From an uncultured Nitrospira sp. (lineage in GTDB: Bacteria; Nitrospirota; Nitrospiria; Nitrospirales; UBA8639): a stretch of DNA of 49,749 nucleotides. The notes beneath the pieces were generated by a model. The model made no database searches. It saw only the letters and a program-made list of their open reading frames with translations, and was not told where the DNA came from. Below are positions 11,442-22,392 of this stretch, piece after piece. Both the position numbers and the translations under genes were made by a program. The stretch spans positions 1 to 49,749 of the forward strand of contig CAZBQO010000001.1 in the NCBI GenBank assembly GCA_964494125.1, given 5' to 3'. How positions within the stretch are numbered: position 1 is the first letter of the stretch; the number at the start of each line of letters is the position of its first letter.

Positions 11442-12194
11442 ATGATCATCATAAAAACGGCTGAGGAAATTGAACTCATTGCTCGTGCCGGCAAAATTGT
11501 TACTCAATGCCATCAAGTGCTTGTTCAAGAAGTGAAGCCCGGTATAACGACATTGGAATTAGATAGACTTACAGAGGAATGTATTCTTGATTTGGGCGGC
11601 ATCCCAGCATTTAAAGGGTACAGGAACTATCCCAATAGCCTCTGTGCATCCATTAATGAAGAAGTGGTGCATGGAATACCCTCAAAGCGCGAATTGAAGG
11701 ACGGAGACATCATTGGTCTGGATGTGGGTGCCATTGTGGATGGGTTTTATGGAGATGGAGCTGTGACAGTTTCAGTTGGGGCGGTGCCTGAGGCTACTCT
11801 ATCATTGATTGCAGTCACTCGAGAAGCTTTACGTAAAGGAATTGAACAGGCTGTGGTGGGTAATCGCCTTTCGGACATTTCATTTGCAATTCAAACGCAT
11901 GTAGAAAGGCATGGGTATTCGGTTGTCCGTGATTTTGTTGGCCATGGAATTGGGCGTCAGTTGCACGAAGAACCCCAAGTTCCAAATTATGGGAGACCAG
12001 GACAGGGCCCACGTTTGAAGCCTGGGATGGCTCTTGCTATAGAACCAATGGTAAACCTAGGAGGATCTGCAGTCAAAGTCCTTAAAGACGGATGGACCGC
12101 AGTTACTTGCGATAGTTCACTCTCTGCTCACTTTGAGCACACCATCACAATCGAAATGAATGGTCCACCTCGCATTTTAACAGGATGGTCCTAG
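11442..12194 (+). CDS. map: Methionine aminopeptidase type I
   Basis: CASINEEVVHGIP, GHGIG..HEEP, AIEPM, SAHFEHT. Confidence 0.98.
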   Translation: MIIIKTAEEIELIARAGKIVTQCHQVLVQEVKPGITTLELDRLTEECILDLGGIPAFKGYRNYPNSLCASINEEVVHGIPSKRELKDGDIIGLDVGAIVDGFYGDGAVTVSVGAVPEATLSLIAVTREALRKGIEQAVVGNRLSDISFAIQTHVERHGYSVVRDFVGHGIGRQLHEEPQVPNYGRPGQGPRLKPGMALAIEPMVNLGGSAVKVLKDGWTAVTCDSSLSAHFEHTITIEMNGPPRILTGWS

Positions 12195-12218
12195 GTTGGA
12201 GGCCAAGTAAATTTCCTC

Positions 12219-12437
12219 ATGGGGAAAGAAGATATTATTGAAGTTCAAGGGTCGGTTACTGAAACTTTGCCGAATGCGATGTTTCGGGTTCAGTTGGAAA
12301 ACGGGCATAAAATTTTAGCTCATATTTCTGGGAAGATGCGAATGCATTTTATAAGAATTTTGCCAGGAGATAAGGTGACAGTGGAACTATCTCCATATGA
12401 CCTGACTCGTGGACGGATTACCTATCGGTTTAAATAG
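12219..12437 (+). CDS. infA: Translation initiation factor IF-1
   Basis: [35 protein letters not shown]. Confidence 0.99.
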   Translation: MGKEDIIEVQGSVTETLPNAMFRVQLENGHKILAHISGKMRMHFIRILPGDKVTVELSPYDLTRGRITYRFK

Positions 12438-12448
12438 AGGTTGTAATC

Positions 12449-12562
12449 GTGAAAGTCAAATCATCAGTAAAACCTATTTGTGTTAAATGTAAGGTCATTC
12501 GCCGCAAAGGGGTTGTAAGGGTGCTCTGCACAAACCCCAAGCACAAGCAGCGACAAGGCTGA
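12449..12562 (+). CDS. rpmJ: 50S ribosomal protein L36, Zn-binding form (not in ORF track)
   Basis: GTG start; manual translation [37 protein letters not shown], between infA and rpsM. Confidence 0.97.
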   Translation: MKVKSSVKPICVKCKVIRRKGVVRVLCTNPKHKQRQG

Positions 12563-12627
12563 GATGCGTTGATGTTCGGTAGGGATTGATTAAGTTAATC
12601 CCCAAAAAGAAGAGAGGAAAGTAAGCA

Positions 12628-12999
12628 ATGGCTCGAATCGCAGGCGTAGAGTTGCCGGTAGGCAAACGGATTGACGTTGGATTAACCTATATTTTTGGGA
12701 TTGGTCCGGCCAGTTCGCGAGATATATTACGAAAGACAGGAGTGTCTCCTGAAACGAGGGTAAAGGACCTGCATGAAGATGAGGTCGTCCGTTTACGTGA
12801 GACAATTGACAAGGATTACGACGTAGAGGGTGACCTAAGGAAAGAGGTCACAATGAGTATTAAGCGTTTGATGGATATTGGCACTTATCGAGGGTTACGA
12901 CATCGGAAGGGTTTACCTGTGAGAGGCCAAAGAACGAAAACAAATTCTCGAACGAGAAAAGGAAGACGTGGAGCGATTGGCGGAAAAGTCAGGAAATAA
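12628..12999 (+). CDS. rpsM: 30S ribosomal protein S13
   Basis: [27 protein letters not shown]. Confidence 0.99.
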   Translation: MARIAGVELPVGKRIDVGLTYIFGIGPASSRDILRKTGVSPETRVKDLHEDEVVRLRETIDKDYDVEGDLRKEVTMSIKRLMDIGTYRGLRHRKGLPVRGQRTKTNSRTRKGRRGAIGGKVRK

Positions 13000-13019
13000 G
13001 CTGCTGAAAGGGATCTCTC

Positions 13020-13403
13020 ATGAGTGTTAAAAAGGGAAAAAAGAAGGAAAGAAAAGTTTTACAAGTAGGGATCGTGCATATCATGGCCTCTTTCAATAAT
13101 ACTATCGTGACGATCACGGATATGACTGGTGGGGCTGTAACCTGGGCTAGTGCAGGTAGCCAGGGATTTAAGGGATCCAGGAAGAGTACCCCTTTTGCCG
13201 CTACCCGCGCCGGTGAAGTGGCTGCAAAAAAGGCTATGGAGTTTGGCCTTCGACAAGTAGATGTCTATGTGAATGGCCCTGGTTCTGGACGTGAGGCCGC
13301 AGTGAGGGCACTTCAGTCCGCTGGCTTGCGGGTCAATCTTATTCGTGATGTGACACCGATTCCCCATAATGGGTGTCGGCCTCCAAAACGAAGACGAGTG
13401 TAA
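13020..13403 (+). CDS. rpsK: 30S ribosomal protein S11
   Basis: [40 protein letters not shown]. Confidence 0.99.
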   Translation: MSVKKGKKKERKVLQVGIVHIMASFNNTIVTITDMTGGAVTWASAGSQGFKGSRKSTPFAATRAGEVAAKKAMEFGLRQVDVYVNGPGSGREAAVRALQSAGLRVNLIRDVTPIPHNGCRPPKRRRV

Positions 13404-13467
13404 TTTCTTAGAAGGATCTTTTTAAATTATCGGTTTTTCGTGAACTGGAGATAGGGGGAGAAAGTCC

Positions 13468-14097
13468 ATGGCCAAATATACTGGTCCTGTATGTCGGTTA
13501 TGTCGGCGTGAAGGGGTAAAGCTATTTTTAAAAGGGACCAGGTGTATGACTGAGAAATGCGCAATTGAGCGCCGAAGTTATCCACCTGGACAGCATGGGC
13601 AGTCGCGCCGAGGGCGTGCGACGGAATACGGCACTCAGCTTAGGGAAAAACAAAAGCTTCGACGTGTGTATGGTATGCAGGAACGACAATTTCTCAATAC
13701 CTACCACCGAGCGGTTCGCCGGAAGGGAATTACGGGCGAGCATTTATTGAGCCTGCTTGAACGCAGACTCGATAACGTTGTCTATCGCCTAGGTTTTGCT
13801 TCATCACGTGGCCAAGCCAGACAGTTGGTCAATCATGGCCATGTGATGTTGAATGGCCGAAAAGTCACAATTGCTTCGGTGACTGTGAACATTGGCGATA
13901 TTATCGAAATCAAGGAAAAGAGTCGTCAGCTTGTACCGGTCCAAGCCGCTCTAGAAATTACTAGTGGCCGAGGAGTGCCGAATTGGTTAGAGATGGAGCG
14001 AAGTATATTAAAGGGTACCGTCCAAGCCATTCCCACTAAGCAGGACATTGATGTATTGGTCAATGAACAAATTGTAGTGGAGCTGTACTCACGGTAA
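13468..14097 (+). CDS. rpsD: 30S ribosomal protein S4
   Basis: CRLCRREG, YPPGQHG, LERRLDNVVYRLG, IVVELYSR. Confidence 0.99.
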   Translation: MAKYTGPVCRLCRREGVKLFLKGTRCMTEKCAIERRSYPPGQHGQSRRGRATEYGTQLREKQKLRRVYGMQERQFLNTYHRAVRRKGITGEHLLSLLERRLDNVVYRLGFASSRGQARQLVNHGHVMLNGRKVTIASVTVNIGDIIEIKEKSRQLVPVQAALEITSGRGVPNWLEMERSILKGTVQAIPTKQDIDVLVNEQIVVELYSR

Positions 14098-14178
14098 TTG
14101 TACTGCCGGAGATAGAGCGGATGTTGCGAATTGATCACTTACATGGCCTTGGGACCAAGAAAGGGAGACGCGATCCTT

Positions 14179-15165
14179 ATGATAAATAGCATGAAGGATT
14201 TCCAAATACCAACGAAGCTGGAATTGGAAAAGGACACTGCTTCACCTACTTATGGCAAGTTTACAGCTGAGCCATTTGAACGAGGTTTTGGAACCACCAT
14301 GGGGAATTCCCTCAGGCGGGTTTTACTCTCTTCACTTCCTGGGGCGGCTGTCACCTCCGTAAAAATCGAGGGGGTATATCATGAGTTTTCAACCATACCC
14401 GGGGTGACGGAGGATGTAACGATTCTCATTTTGAACATTAAAGCATTGCGGTTGCGTTTACATTCCGATAAAGCTAAGGCTATCCGTTTGAAAAAGAAAG
14501 GGCCTGGCGAAGTGTTAGCTGCAGATCTGTCTGTAGACCCGGACGTGGTAATCTTGAATCCAGATTTTCATATTGCTACTTTAGATAAAGATGGGATGTT
14601 AGATATTGAACTTATTGTGAAGCCAGGACGTGGGTATGTCCCCGCAGAACGAAATAAAGAAGAGGGGTTGCCAATAGGGGTCATTCCGGTAGACTCAGTT
14701 TTTTCTCCCATTAAACGTGTTAATTTCAGTGTAGAAAGTGCTCGGGTTGGTCGGATTACGGATTACGATAAACTGATTCTGGAAGTGTGGACGGACGGAA
14801 GCATTTCTCCACAAGAAGCTGTTACTTCAGCAGCAGGAATTCTTCGCGACCATTTAGATATTTGTCTCCCATCTGAGGAGAGGGGTGAACCGGCTCAAGA
14901 AGAGGGCGGAGACGAGAGCAAGATGTTGATTAATCAACATCTGTTTAGAAGTGTGAATGAATTGGAACTTTCTGTTCGCGCTGCAAATTGCCTGAAAAAT
15001 GCTAACATTAAATCTATAGGTGATTTAGTTCAAAAAAGCGAAAATGAAATGTTGAAGACCAAAAACTTTGGTAAAAAATCATTAAATGAAATCAAAGAGG
15101 TCCTAGCGGAAATGGGGTTGGCCTTAGGAACCAAAGTGAGCGAAGTAACAGAATCCCATACCTAA
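14179..15165 (+). CDS. rpoA: RNA polymerase subunit alpha (ORF track starts 14131; ATG 14179 after AAGGGAG preferred)
   Basis: [31 protein letters not shown], alpha-[15 protein letters not shown]...NFGKKSL. Confidence 0.98.
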   Translation: MINSMKDFQIPTKLELEKDTASPTYGKFTAEPFERGFGTTMGNSLRRVLLSSLPGAAVTSVKIEGVYHEFSTIPGVTEDVTILILNIKALRLRLHSDKAKAIRLKKKGPGEVLAADLSVDPDVVILNPDFHIATLDKDGMLDIELIVKPGRGYVPAERNKEEGLPIGVIPVDSVFSPIKRVNFSVESARVGRITDYDKLILEVWTDGSISPQEAVTSAAGILRDHLDICLPSEERGEPAQEEGGDESKMLINQHLFRSVNELELSVRAANCLKNANIKSIGDLVQKSENEMLKTKNFGKKSLNEIKEVLAEMGLALGTKVSEVTESHT

Positions 15166-15187
15166 CTTTTTTCAAAGGACGTGTATT

Positions 15188-15586
15188 GTGCGTCATCGAA
15201 AACGCGGAAGACAATTAGGACGAAATAGCAAGCATCGGTTGGCATTATTCAGAAATTTGGTGACATCACTCATGGAACATGAGCGAATTGAAACCACGGA
15301 GGCCAAAGCGAAAGAGCTACGTGGTATCACCGATAAGTTAATTACGCTGGGGAAGCAGGGAACTCTTCAAGCCCGACGGGGGGCCTTGCGTGTGTTACGG
15401 ACCAAGCAAACTGTTCAAAAACTTTTTGATGATGTTGCCAAGCGCTTTCCTGAACGGAACGGTGGGTATACAAGGATCATTAAAACTCGCCAACGACCTG
15501 GTGATGCTGCAAAACTGGTGGCTATTGAATTGGTCGAAAAAGGGAATGAATCTGAGAAAGTGGTAGTTTCTTCTCCATCCAGTTAG
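15188..15586 (+). CDS. rplQ: 50S ribosomal protein L17
   Basis: [30 protein letters not shown]. Confidence 0.99.
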   Translation: MRHRKRGRQLGRNSKHRLALFRNLVTSLMEHERIETTEAKAKELRGITDKLITLGKQGTLQARRGALRVLRTKQTVQKLFDDVAKRFPERNGGYTRIIKTRQRPGDAAKLVAIELVEKGNESEKVVVSSPSS

Positions 15587-15773
15587 GAATGAACAGGACT
15601 TCGTCTTTTAAAAATAAATTTCTCACTGCTTCCGTTTCTCCAACATAGTTTCTTCTCTCCGCATTCAATACTTCACAGGGTTAAGGTCTTTTATTTACTT
15701 GGCCTGGACCCTGTGCTATTCTTTTTTATGGGTTTTTTACCCTAAGGGTGGTCTTTCGACCAAGCACGTATTA

Positions 15774-16352
15774 ATGCAATTTCATGGAACGAGGGCCATT
15801 TTAACTCTGGTTGTCTTAGGTATGGCCGTATTTATCGGATATCGTGTGGTGAATCACATGCAAACTCGAAGCCAGGAAACCACTTCTGTAACTTTAGAGG
15901 AACAGCAAGGCGCGGATGCTTGGATTCATGGGTTTACATACCGCCAAACTCGATCTGGCTCCACAAAATGGGTCGTAAATGCGAATCAGGCAAAGGTGTT
16001 TGACAAAGAGCATGTAGCTAAGTTGGAGACGGTTCAGGTGCGGCTTTTCGATAGTGCATTTCAGAAGGAACAATTGCGAATCACCTCTGAAGAAGGTGTC
16101 ATGAATACTTCCAATAATGACTTTGAGCTAGTGAGCAAAAACGAGAAAACCGTAATCACCTTTGAGTCTGGCTTTCAAGTATTTTCAGATAAACTGACCT
16201 GGAACGAACAAGCACGACAAATTTATACCACGGATCAAGTGACAATTAAGGGAGATGGCTTAATCATTACTGGAACAGGATTAGAGGGAGACGTGGATAA
16301 GGATGAATTTCATTTGCTCAAGAATGTTCGTGCTGAGGTGGTGTCGCCATAA
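15774..16352 (+). CDS. lptC: LPS export protein LptC (ORF track 15699; start uncertain)
   Basis: Single N-terminal TM then beta-rich domain (W.V.A.QA, L.W...RQIYT...VTI.G.GL.ITG.GL); upstream of lptA/lptB. Confidence 0.8.
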   Translation: MQFHGTRAILTLVVLGMAVFIGYRVVNHMQTRSQETTSVTLEEQQGADAWIHGFTYRQTRSGSTKWVVNANQAKVFDKEHVAKLETVQVRLFDSAFQKEQLRITSEEGVMNTSNNDFELVSKNEKTVITFESGFQVFSDKLTWNEQARQIYTTDQVTIKGDGLIITGTGLEGDVDKDEFHLLKNVRAEVVSP

Positions 16353-16381
16353 GAGTTTCGTCGCCGATCTCACTTGGGTGG

Positions 16382-16876
16382 TTGATATTCTGGCTAATTT
16401 TGGTTCTTGGTCCCATCTTAGGAAGAGGAGAAGGGCCGAAAACCTCTACGGTCATTACTTCAAATACGATGACGGCCAGTAGCGAAAAAAACCAAGCTAT
16501 TTTTCAGGGGTCGGTCAAAATGGTTCAAGGCGAACTGGTAGTACATTCTGATGTGATGATCGTGTATTTTAAGGAAAAGTCAGCATCAAATCTCTCTTCG
16601 TCCACACCTTCGGGAGCCAAATCAGAATCGGGGAAAGAAATTAGTTATATTGAAGCGAAGGGTAAGGTTAGAATTGAAAAAGGGGAAAGTCGGGCTACCA
16701 GTCAACATGCTTTGTATTACAAAGCAGAGGAAAAGGTTATTTTGACGGGATCTCCCGTGGCCTGGCAGGCCGGGACTAGGATTAGTGGTCCAAAGATGAC
16801 GATGTTTTTAAAAGAAAACCGGAGCGTGGTGGAAGGTGGAACCCAAGTGATTATTGAAGAATCAGAGCAAAATTGA
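16382..16876 (+). CDS. lptA: LPS transport periplasmic protein LptA (OstA-like)
   Basis: AIFQGSV, IEAKGKV, VILTGSP motifs; between lptC and lptB. Confidence 0.85.
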   Translation: MIFWLILVLGPILGRGEGPKTSTVITSNTMTASSEKNQAIFQGSVKMVQGELVVHSDVMIVYFKEKSASNLSSSTPSGAKSESGKEISYIEAKGKVRIEKGESRATSQHALYYKAEEKVILTGSPVAWQAGTRISGPKMTMFLKENRSVVEGGTQVIIEESEQN

Positions 16877-17085
16877 AAATTGCAGGAGTGTCAAATTAGA
16901 TTTATTGGGTCGTTTGGAGTATTGCAAAGTGCTCACTAAAAATGTCTTTTAGATTGTGATTGAAAAGGATGGGTCAACCAATTCATGGTGAAATCGAACA
17001 GATAGGATGCCTGATGTTTAGTCATCAAGTTGATCACCAGGATTCGCTATGATGAATAACCGCACGATTGTTTTAAGGAACTCCA

Positions 17086-17838
17086 ATGCCTGAAGTACTG
17101 GCGAAGTCTCTTCACAAAATTTTCGCCAAAGATTTAAAAAAGAGTTTTAAGGGTCGTCAAGTCGTTAGAGGCGTCAGCTTGGAATTGTTGGGAGGAGAAG
17201 TTGTTGGACTTCTTGGACCAAATGGTGCTGGTAAGACTACGATTTTCGATATGGTCGTAGGGCTTTGTCAACCAGATCATGGTGAAATTTTTCTCAACAA
17301 CCATGAAATTACTGCCTTGCCGATGTATAAGCGAGCAAGGCAAGGAATTGGTTACTTGCCCCAAGAAGCGTCAATTTTTCGGCGGCTCTCTGTTGAAGAC
17401 AATGTGTTAGCTGTCTTGGAGACATTAGATCTTTCCACCTCTAACAGAAAAACCAGATTAGATGAATTGTTAGAGGAATTGGATCTGACTCGGCTTCGTA
17501 CGCATGGTTCCTTTACCCTCTCAGGTGGAGAGCGTCGACGCTTGGAGATTACGCGGGCGTTAGCTACGAACCCAAAATTTTTACTCCTAGATGAGCCTTT
17601 TGCCGGTATTGATCCAATTGCGGTGGGAGATATTCAAGATATTTTGACCAATTTAAAAAAGAAAAATATCGGTATTCTGATTACAGATCACAATGTCCAA
17701 GACACGCTTTCCATTACCGACCGAGCCTATATAATAAGCGAAGGAACCATTTTAGAAAGTGGTCCACCTGATGTCATTGTAAATAGTCCAAAAGCCAGGG
17801 CTGTCTACCTGGGCGAACGCTTCAAAATGTTCCAATAA
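17086..17838 (+). CDS. lptB: LPS export ABC ATPase LptB
   Basis: GPNGAGKTT, YLPQEASIFR, LSGGERRR, LLDEPFAGIDP, ITDHNV, YLGE.F. Confidence 0.97.
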   Translation: MPEVLAKSLHKIFAKDLKKSFKGRQVVRGVSLELLGGEVVGLLGPNGAGKTTIFDMVVGLCQPDHGEIFLNNHEITALPMYKRARQGIGYLPQEASIFRRLSVEDNVLAVLETLDLSTSNRKTRLDELLEELDLTRLRTHGSFTLSGGERRRLEITRALATNPKFLLLDEPFAGIDPIAVGDIQDILTNLKKKNIGILITDHNVQDTLSITDRAYIISEGTILESGPPDVIVNSPKARAVYLGERFKMFQ

Positions 17839-17858
17839 AGAGGAAGTGGGTTTCTGCA

Positions 17859-19376
17859 ATGGATCTTCGGTTAGACCTTCGGTTATCTCAAAAGTTGGTG
17901 ATGACCCCCCAACTGCAACAAGCAATTAAGCTGTTGCAACTCTCTCGTTTAGAGCTTCAGCAGGTGCTGGCTCAACACTTAGTAGAAAATCCTCTCTTAG
18001 AGGATTTGGCATTGGAATCCATGGATGAAGAAGCTTCGGTGGGGGAGGAGCACTCAGAGCCGGCGAAAGAGTCTGATGCCGAAAATGAGGCTTCAGGTGA
18101 GGGCGCAGAAATTCAACCAACCGTCAAGGAAGGTGAGCCATTGTCCTCCGAAGAGTGGGACAATATTTTAGGGAATGACTGGCGGCCTGCACAGCGAGAT
18201 GAAGCCTATTCGGGAGATGAAGAATTTCCTTCATATGAACAAACCCTCACCAAACCGACTTCTCTTGAAGAACATCTAGATTGGCAACTCCGCCTCTCTT
18301 CTCTCGCAGGGGATGACCGGGACATTGGCAGAATGATTATTGGCAACTTGGATGAAGACGGGTATATGCGCGTGCCTCTTCCCGAATTAGCTGAAGACGC
18401 CAAATGCTCTGTTGAACATGTTGAAGAGGTGCTCCACCAGATTCAACAATTTGATCCTCCAGGAGTGGCGGCACGGGATTTAGCAGAATGTTTATTGATC
18501 CAACTGGATCATCTACAACATGATGAGACTGAATTCACCTCTCCTCTGCATGCTGCGGTACCGATGAATGTGGTGGCTGCTATTTTGAAAGATCATTTAG
18601 TCGATCTTCAGAAAAAACGGTATCAGTCTGTGGCCAAAGCATTGAACGTGACTCTGGATGAAGTTTATGAAGCTGTTCGGGTGATAGAGAGTTTAGAGCC
18701 GAAGCCAGGTCGCCCCTATTTTTCGGATAGTAACTCGATTATTATTCCGGATGTCTACGTCGTCAAGTATGAAGGGGAGTGGGTCGTGCTGTTGAATGAT
18801 GATGGTCTCCCTCGATTGAGAATTAGTCCATATTATCGGAGACTCCTTTCCCATTCAGGAGAAGATGCTGGGAATACGAAAAACTATCTTGAAGAGAAAT
18901 TGAAAGGCGCACAATGGATTATTCGGAGCATTGATCAGCGTAACAAAACGATTGTGAAAGTCGTCAAAAGCCTGGTGAAGTTTCAAGAAGCGTTTTTGGA
19001 AAAAGGGGTTCAGTATCTTCGGCCATTGGTCTTGAAGCAGGTGGCCGAAGATGTGGGTATGCATGAGTCAACAATAAGCCGGGTGACGACCAATAAATAT
19101 TTGCATTGCCCTCAGGGCATTCTTGAACTGAAATTCTTTTTTAATGCAGGGATTCAAAGGGCTGACAACCGTGGAGAGGATATGTCCTCTGTGACGGTTC
19201 GGGAGATGATTCGGGAGATGGTGGCACAAGAAAATGCAGCCAATCCGTTGAAAGATCAGGAGATCGTCTCCAGACTTCGTCATAAAAATATCTTGATTGC
19301 TCGTCGAACGGTAGCTAAATATCGAGCTGAATTACATATTGCTTCTGCTAGCCAACGAAAGCGAATTCCCACATAA
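17859..19376 (+). CDS. rpoN: RNA polymerase sigma-54 factor
   Basis: MTPQLQQAIKLLQL, HTH MHESTISRVT, RpoN box ARRTVAKYR. Confidence 0.99.
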   Translation: MDLRLDLRLSQKLVMTPQLQQAIKLLQLSRLELQQVLAQHLVENPLLEDLALESMDEEASVGEEHSEPAKESDAENEASGEGAEIQPTVKEGEPLSSEEWDNILGNDWRPAQRDEAYSGDEEFPSYEQTLTKPTSLEEHLDWQLRLSSLAGDDRDIGRMIIGNLDEDGYMRVPLPELAEDAKCSVEHVEEVLHQIQQFDPPGVAARDLAECLLIQLDHLQHDETEFTSPLHAAVPMNVVAAILKDHLVDLQKKRYQSVAKALNVTLDEVYEAVRVIESLEPKPGRPYFSDSNSIIIPDVYVVKYEGEWVVLLNDDGLPRLRISPYYRRLLSHSGEDAGNTKNYLEEKLKGAQWIIRSIDQRNKTIVKVVKSLVKFQEAFLEKGVQYLRPLVLKQVAEDVGMHESTISRVTTNKYLHCPQGILELKFFFNAGIQRADNRGEDMSSVTVREMIREMVAQENAANPLKDQEIVSRLRHKNILIARRTVAKYRAELHIASASQRKRIPT

Positions 19377-19471
19377 TTTTATACAGCGGACTTCAGGCCT
19401 TAGACCCAATTGTGAATATTTCGGATAATTGTTCTCATTGAGTTTCTGGTTCCTGCTAACCTGGATGGTCA

Positions 19472-20428
19472 ATGAGTAGGTCCATGTCCGATGATTGTGA
19501 ACGCGTCATGATGCCGAAGGAAATACCTGAATCTTCTTTGAAAAAGGATCCGTTGCCTCTTCAATTGATGATGGTGACGGGGACATCGGGATCTGGCAAG
19601 ACCCAAGCTTTGAAGTGTTTGGAAGATTTAGGCTTTTTCTGTGTGGATAATCTTCCGCCGGCCTTATTTCAAAAATTCACTGAATTGTGTATCCAACCAG
19701 ACAAAGATGTAAAGAAGGTGGCCTTGGGGATTGATATTCGTGAGCGGGCTTTTTTTGAAGATTTATTGAGCAATCTTGAAGCTTTGCAAAGTGATGGCTG
19801 TCACGTTGAATTGCTCTTTTTAGAGGCACAGGATGATGTATTAGTCAGGCGTTTTTCTGAATCACGGCGTCCGCATCCCTTACTCCCACATCGGCCGATT
19901 ATTGAGGGCATTCAATTAGAGCGTGAACGGCTACAAAGCCTTCGGGCTAGAGCCCATCGCGTCCTGGATACGTCAGAATTTTCCGTCCACGACCTTAAAG
20001 CCTGGATCATTAAACATTATCGAGAACGGGGTGAAGGACAAGCCTTGAAAATTAGTCTCATGAGTTTTGGCTATAAATTCGGGGTGCCTTTCGATGTGGA
20101 CATGGTATTTGATGTTCGATTCCTTCGCAATCCTCATTTCGTGCCTGACCTTCAGCCATTAACGGGGGAACACGCCGATATTCAACGCTTTGTCTTGGAC
20201 ACGAGGGAGGCTAAGGCCCTTCTCGAGCACTTGAAGGAATTATTTGCTTTTTTGTTGCCATTGTTCGAAAGGGAACAACGAAGTTATGTCACGGTTGCTT
20301 TCGGGTGTACGGGCGGGCGACATCGTTCGGTGGCGATCGTTCTATGCATGAAAGATACTTTGAAAACATTGGGTTATGACGTCACGATTCACCATCGAGA
20401 AATTTCAAAAGAGGCTACACCAGGCTAA
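19472..20428 (+). CDS. rapZ: RNase adapter RapZ / YvcJ P-loop protein (start uncertain)
   Basis: VTGTSGSGKT, CVDNLP, RRPHPL, SFGYK.G.P, FDVRFLRNP, GCTGGRHRSV. Confidence 0.95.
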   Translation: MSRSMSDDCERVMMPKEIPESSLKKDPLPLQLMMVTGTSGSGKTQALKCLEDLGFFCVDNLPPALFQKFTELCIQPDKDVKKVALGIDIRERAFFEDLLSNLEALQSDGCHVELLFLEAQDDVLVRRFSESRRPHPLLPHRPIIEGIQLERERLQSLRARAHRVLDTSEFSVHDLKAWIIKHYRERGEGQALKISLMSFGYKFGVPFDVDMVFDVRFLRNPHFVPDLQPLTGEHADIQRFVLDTREAKALLEHLKELFAFLLPLFEREQRSYVTVAFGCTGGRHRSVAIVLCMKDTLKTLGYDVTIHHREISKEATPG

Positions 20429-20765
20429 TTCCCCTTCTTCCTTGAGTGGACTTTTTGCCAGAATCAGTTCCTGCAATTTCAGCATTTTCTGTATTTAATG
20501 TCCCTTTTTTTTACGTAGTCTTTTTCTGAAACAAACATTCTGACCCCTCATTCAGCAGTCTTGAATCATCGAGCCATTCCTAATATAAGGGGAATGCGAC
20601 TCACGGTGTCTTGCCTAGCATGTTGTGAGTTCCTCCAGGTAAAACGATTAACAAATCTAGGTAAAAACATGACATCATATTGGGGGATGGCATTTACCGG
20701 GAGAATCCCGATAAAACCCAATTGAGGTCAAGGGTCCTTTGCCGATTATTGTTGGACTGAAAAAG

Positions 20766-21836
20766 ATGAATACAGTCTGGGGAGGCATTGTAGAAAGGGT
20801 CAGAGGATTTTCGTGGAAAAGCCAGAATGTAACAGGCGTGGATGTGGGGTCTCGATTGTTGAAGGCGGTGACTCTACAGCCGGGCCCTACATCCCCTATC
20901 TTAAAGGGTATCGTGCTTGAATCTCTTCCCTTTACACCTAATCCAAATTCTCAAACTGATCTTGAGGATGACCGACATCTAGTCCAATTTCTTCGAAACC
21001 AATTATCCCCTTTTCCTCGTGCGGTGGGGATTACGGTTCCGAGTCCCCACGTTTTGTTGAAGAGACTGGCACTTCCCTATATGTCGGAAAAGGATCTTCG
21101 AGAACACCTCGCTTTGGAGCTTGACCGGTATATTCCTCTTGATGTTCAAGGTGCCGTGTGGGACGTGTATCGACACAAAGATTCTGATGCCCTGGACAAC
21201 GAAAACGTTCAGACATTTCTCGTTGTAGCAAAAAAAGAATTCATAGAGGCGCGAATGCGACAATTTGAAGGGCAAGGGATGCACGTCCGTTTTGTCGATG
21301 TGGATGCCTTTTCACTGGTGAATATGGTTGCTTACAACTATGCCCATGAAGGAACGTGGATGATTATTCATCTCGGACCAACCGGCATTCTTTCGGTGAT
21401 GATGGAAGAAGGGCGTCTGGTGCATATGCATCAAGTATCCTACGAGGTCGAGTGGTATGGAGACTTGCTTGACGGGGTGCAAGCGGCTTTCGCATCGGCG
21501 GGTGATGGTTTTAAGGTAGGCGCCTCGGAAACTCTACTTCTTGAACAATTTTTCAACGAAACAATTAAACAGGTCGCCGAAACTATCAAGCATGCTTCAG
21601 AAGGAACTGACACGGGAATGGTGCAGGGCGTGTTCCTGTCAGGGGGCTATTCGATGCTGGAGGGACTTCAATCGAGACTCGCTGATTCATTGGACGTCTC
21701 TGTGACCAGGGTGAACCCGTTTAATAAAATCAAAGTCCCTCAGGAGATGCAACAGGATTCTCGCTTTCAGAAAGCTTTGCCGTTATTTGGTGTTGCGGTT
21801 GGAGCGGCATTGCGTGGGGCAATCCTTCATGATTGA
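20766..21836 (+). CDS. pilM: Type IV pilus assembly protein PilM
   Basis: GVDVGS, ELDRYIP, VDVDAF, FLSGG, VNPF, AVGAALR actin-like PilM motifs. Confidence 0.88.
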   Translation: MNTVWGGIVERVRGFSWKSQNVTGVDVGSRLLKAVTLQPGPTSPILKGIVLESLPFTPNPNSQTDLEDDRHLVQFLRNQLSPFPRAVGITVPSPHVLLKRLALPYMSEKDLREHLALELDRYIPLDVQGAVWDVYRHKDSDALDNENVQTFLVVAKKEFIEARMRQFEGQGMHVRFVDVDAFSLVNMVAYNYAHEGTWMIIHLGPTGILSVMMEEGRLVHMHQVSYEVEWYGDLLDGVQAAFASAGDGFKVGASETLLLEQFFNETIKQVAETIKHASEGTDTGMVQGVFLSGGYSMLEGLQSRLADSLDVSVTRVNPFNKIKVPQEMQQDSRFQKALPLFGVAVGAALRGAILHD

Positions 21837-22392
21837 AATTAATTTAGCTCGTTCACTTCAGCGGCCAGTTAATCCACATGAGTCTTCAAGGCTGTTTTTT
21901 TGGCTAGTGGGTGTGGTGGTATTCATGGGATTTGGAGGGGCGAGTTGGTGGTGGACGCAATCTTTGCAAGAACAGGTTGATGCATTGGTTCAGGAAAAGA
22001 TAGTCAAAGGACAGGATCTGGTTCAGATAAAGGAACGCCTCGATAAATTGCAGCGCTTGCATGAACAAAAAGTCCTCCTTATGACCTCTATTGAGCAGCT
22101 CAGTGAACAGGAGAGAGAAAAGGCTTGGCCGGTCAAAATGCTGGATGGAGTCAGTCGAAATGTTGAAAAGCTTGATATCTGGTTGGAGCGGGTACAACTT
22201 GATTCACGGGTGGTGGAATTGCGGGGACAATCATTGGTACTAGAAGATATTGGTAAATTTATGGAGGGGTTGGAGAATGATGGAATTATTGTGAGTTTAC
22301 CTGTAGTGGAAATTCTTGATCACCCTAAAGGAGAATCAGACGTCTTTTCATTTTTGATTCGTTTTGTATGGGATCAACAGGTGACTACATGA
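21829..22392 (+). CDS. pilN: Type IV pilus assembly protein PilN
   Basis: MIEINL N-terminal motif, TM, coiled coil, IWL...VELRG; overlaps pilM stop. Confidence 0.82.
   Translation: MIEINLARSLQRPVNPHESSRLFFWLVGVVVFMGFGGASWWWTQSLQEQVDALVQEKIVKGQDLVQIKERLDKLQRLHEQKVLLMTSIEQLSEQEREKAWPVKMLDGVSRNVEKLDIWLERVQLDSRVVELRGQSLVLEDIGKFMEGLENDGIIVSLPVVEILDHPKGESDVFSFLIRFVWDQQVTT

Noticed and set aside
156-15165. Numerous alternative-frame and antisense ORFs over ribosomal genes (e.g. 1066-1545 -, 4321-4686 -)
   Set aside because: Shadows of unambiguous conserved genes; no motifs.
20588-20631. Imperfect hairpin GACTCACGG...TTGTGAGTT upstream of pilM
   Set aside because: Many G-U pairs, no U-tract, no riboswitch signature such as c-di-GMP motifs.
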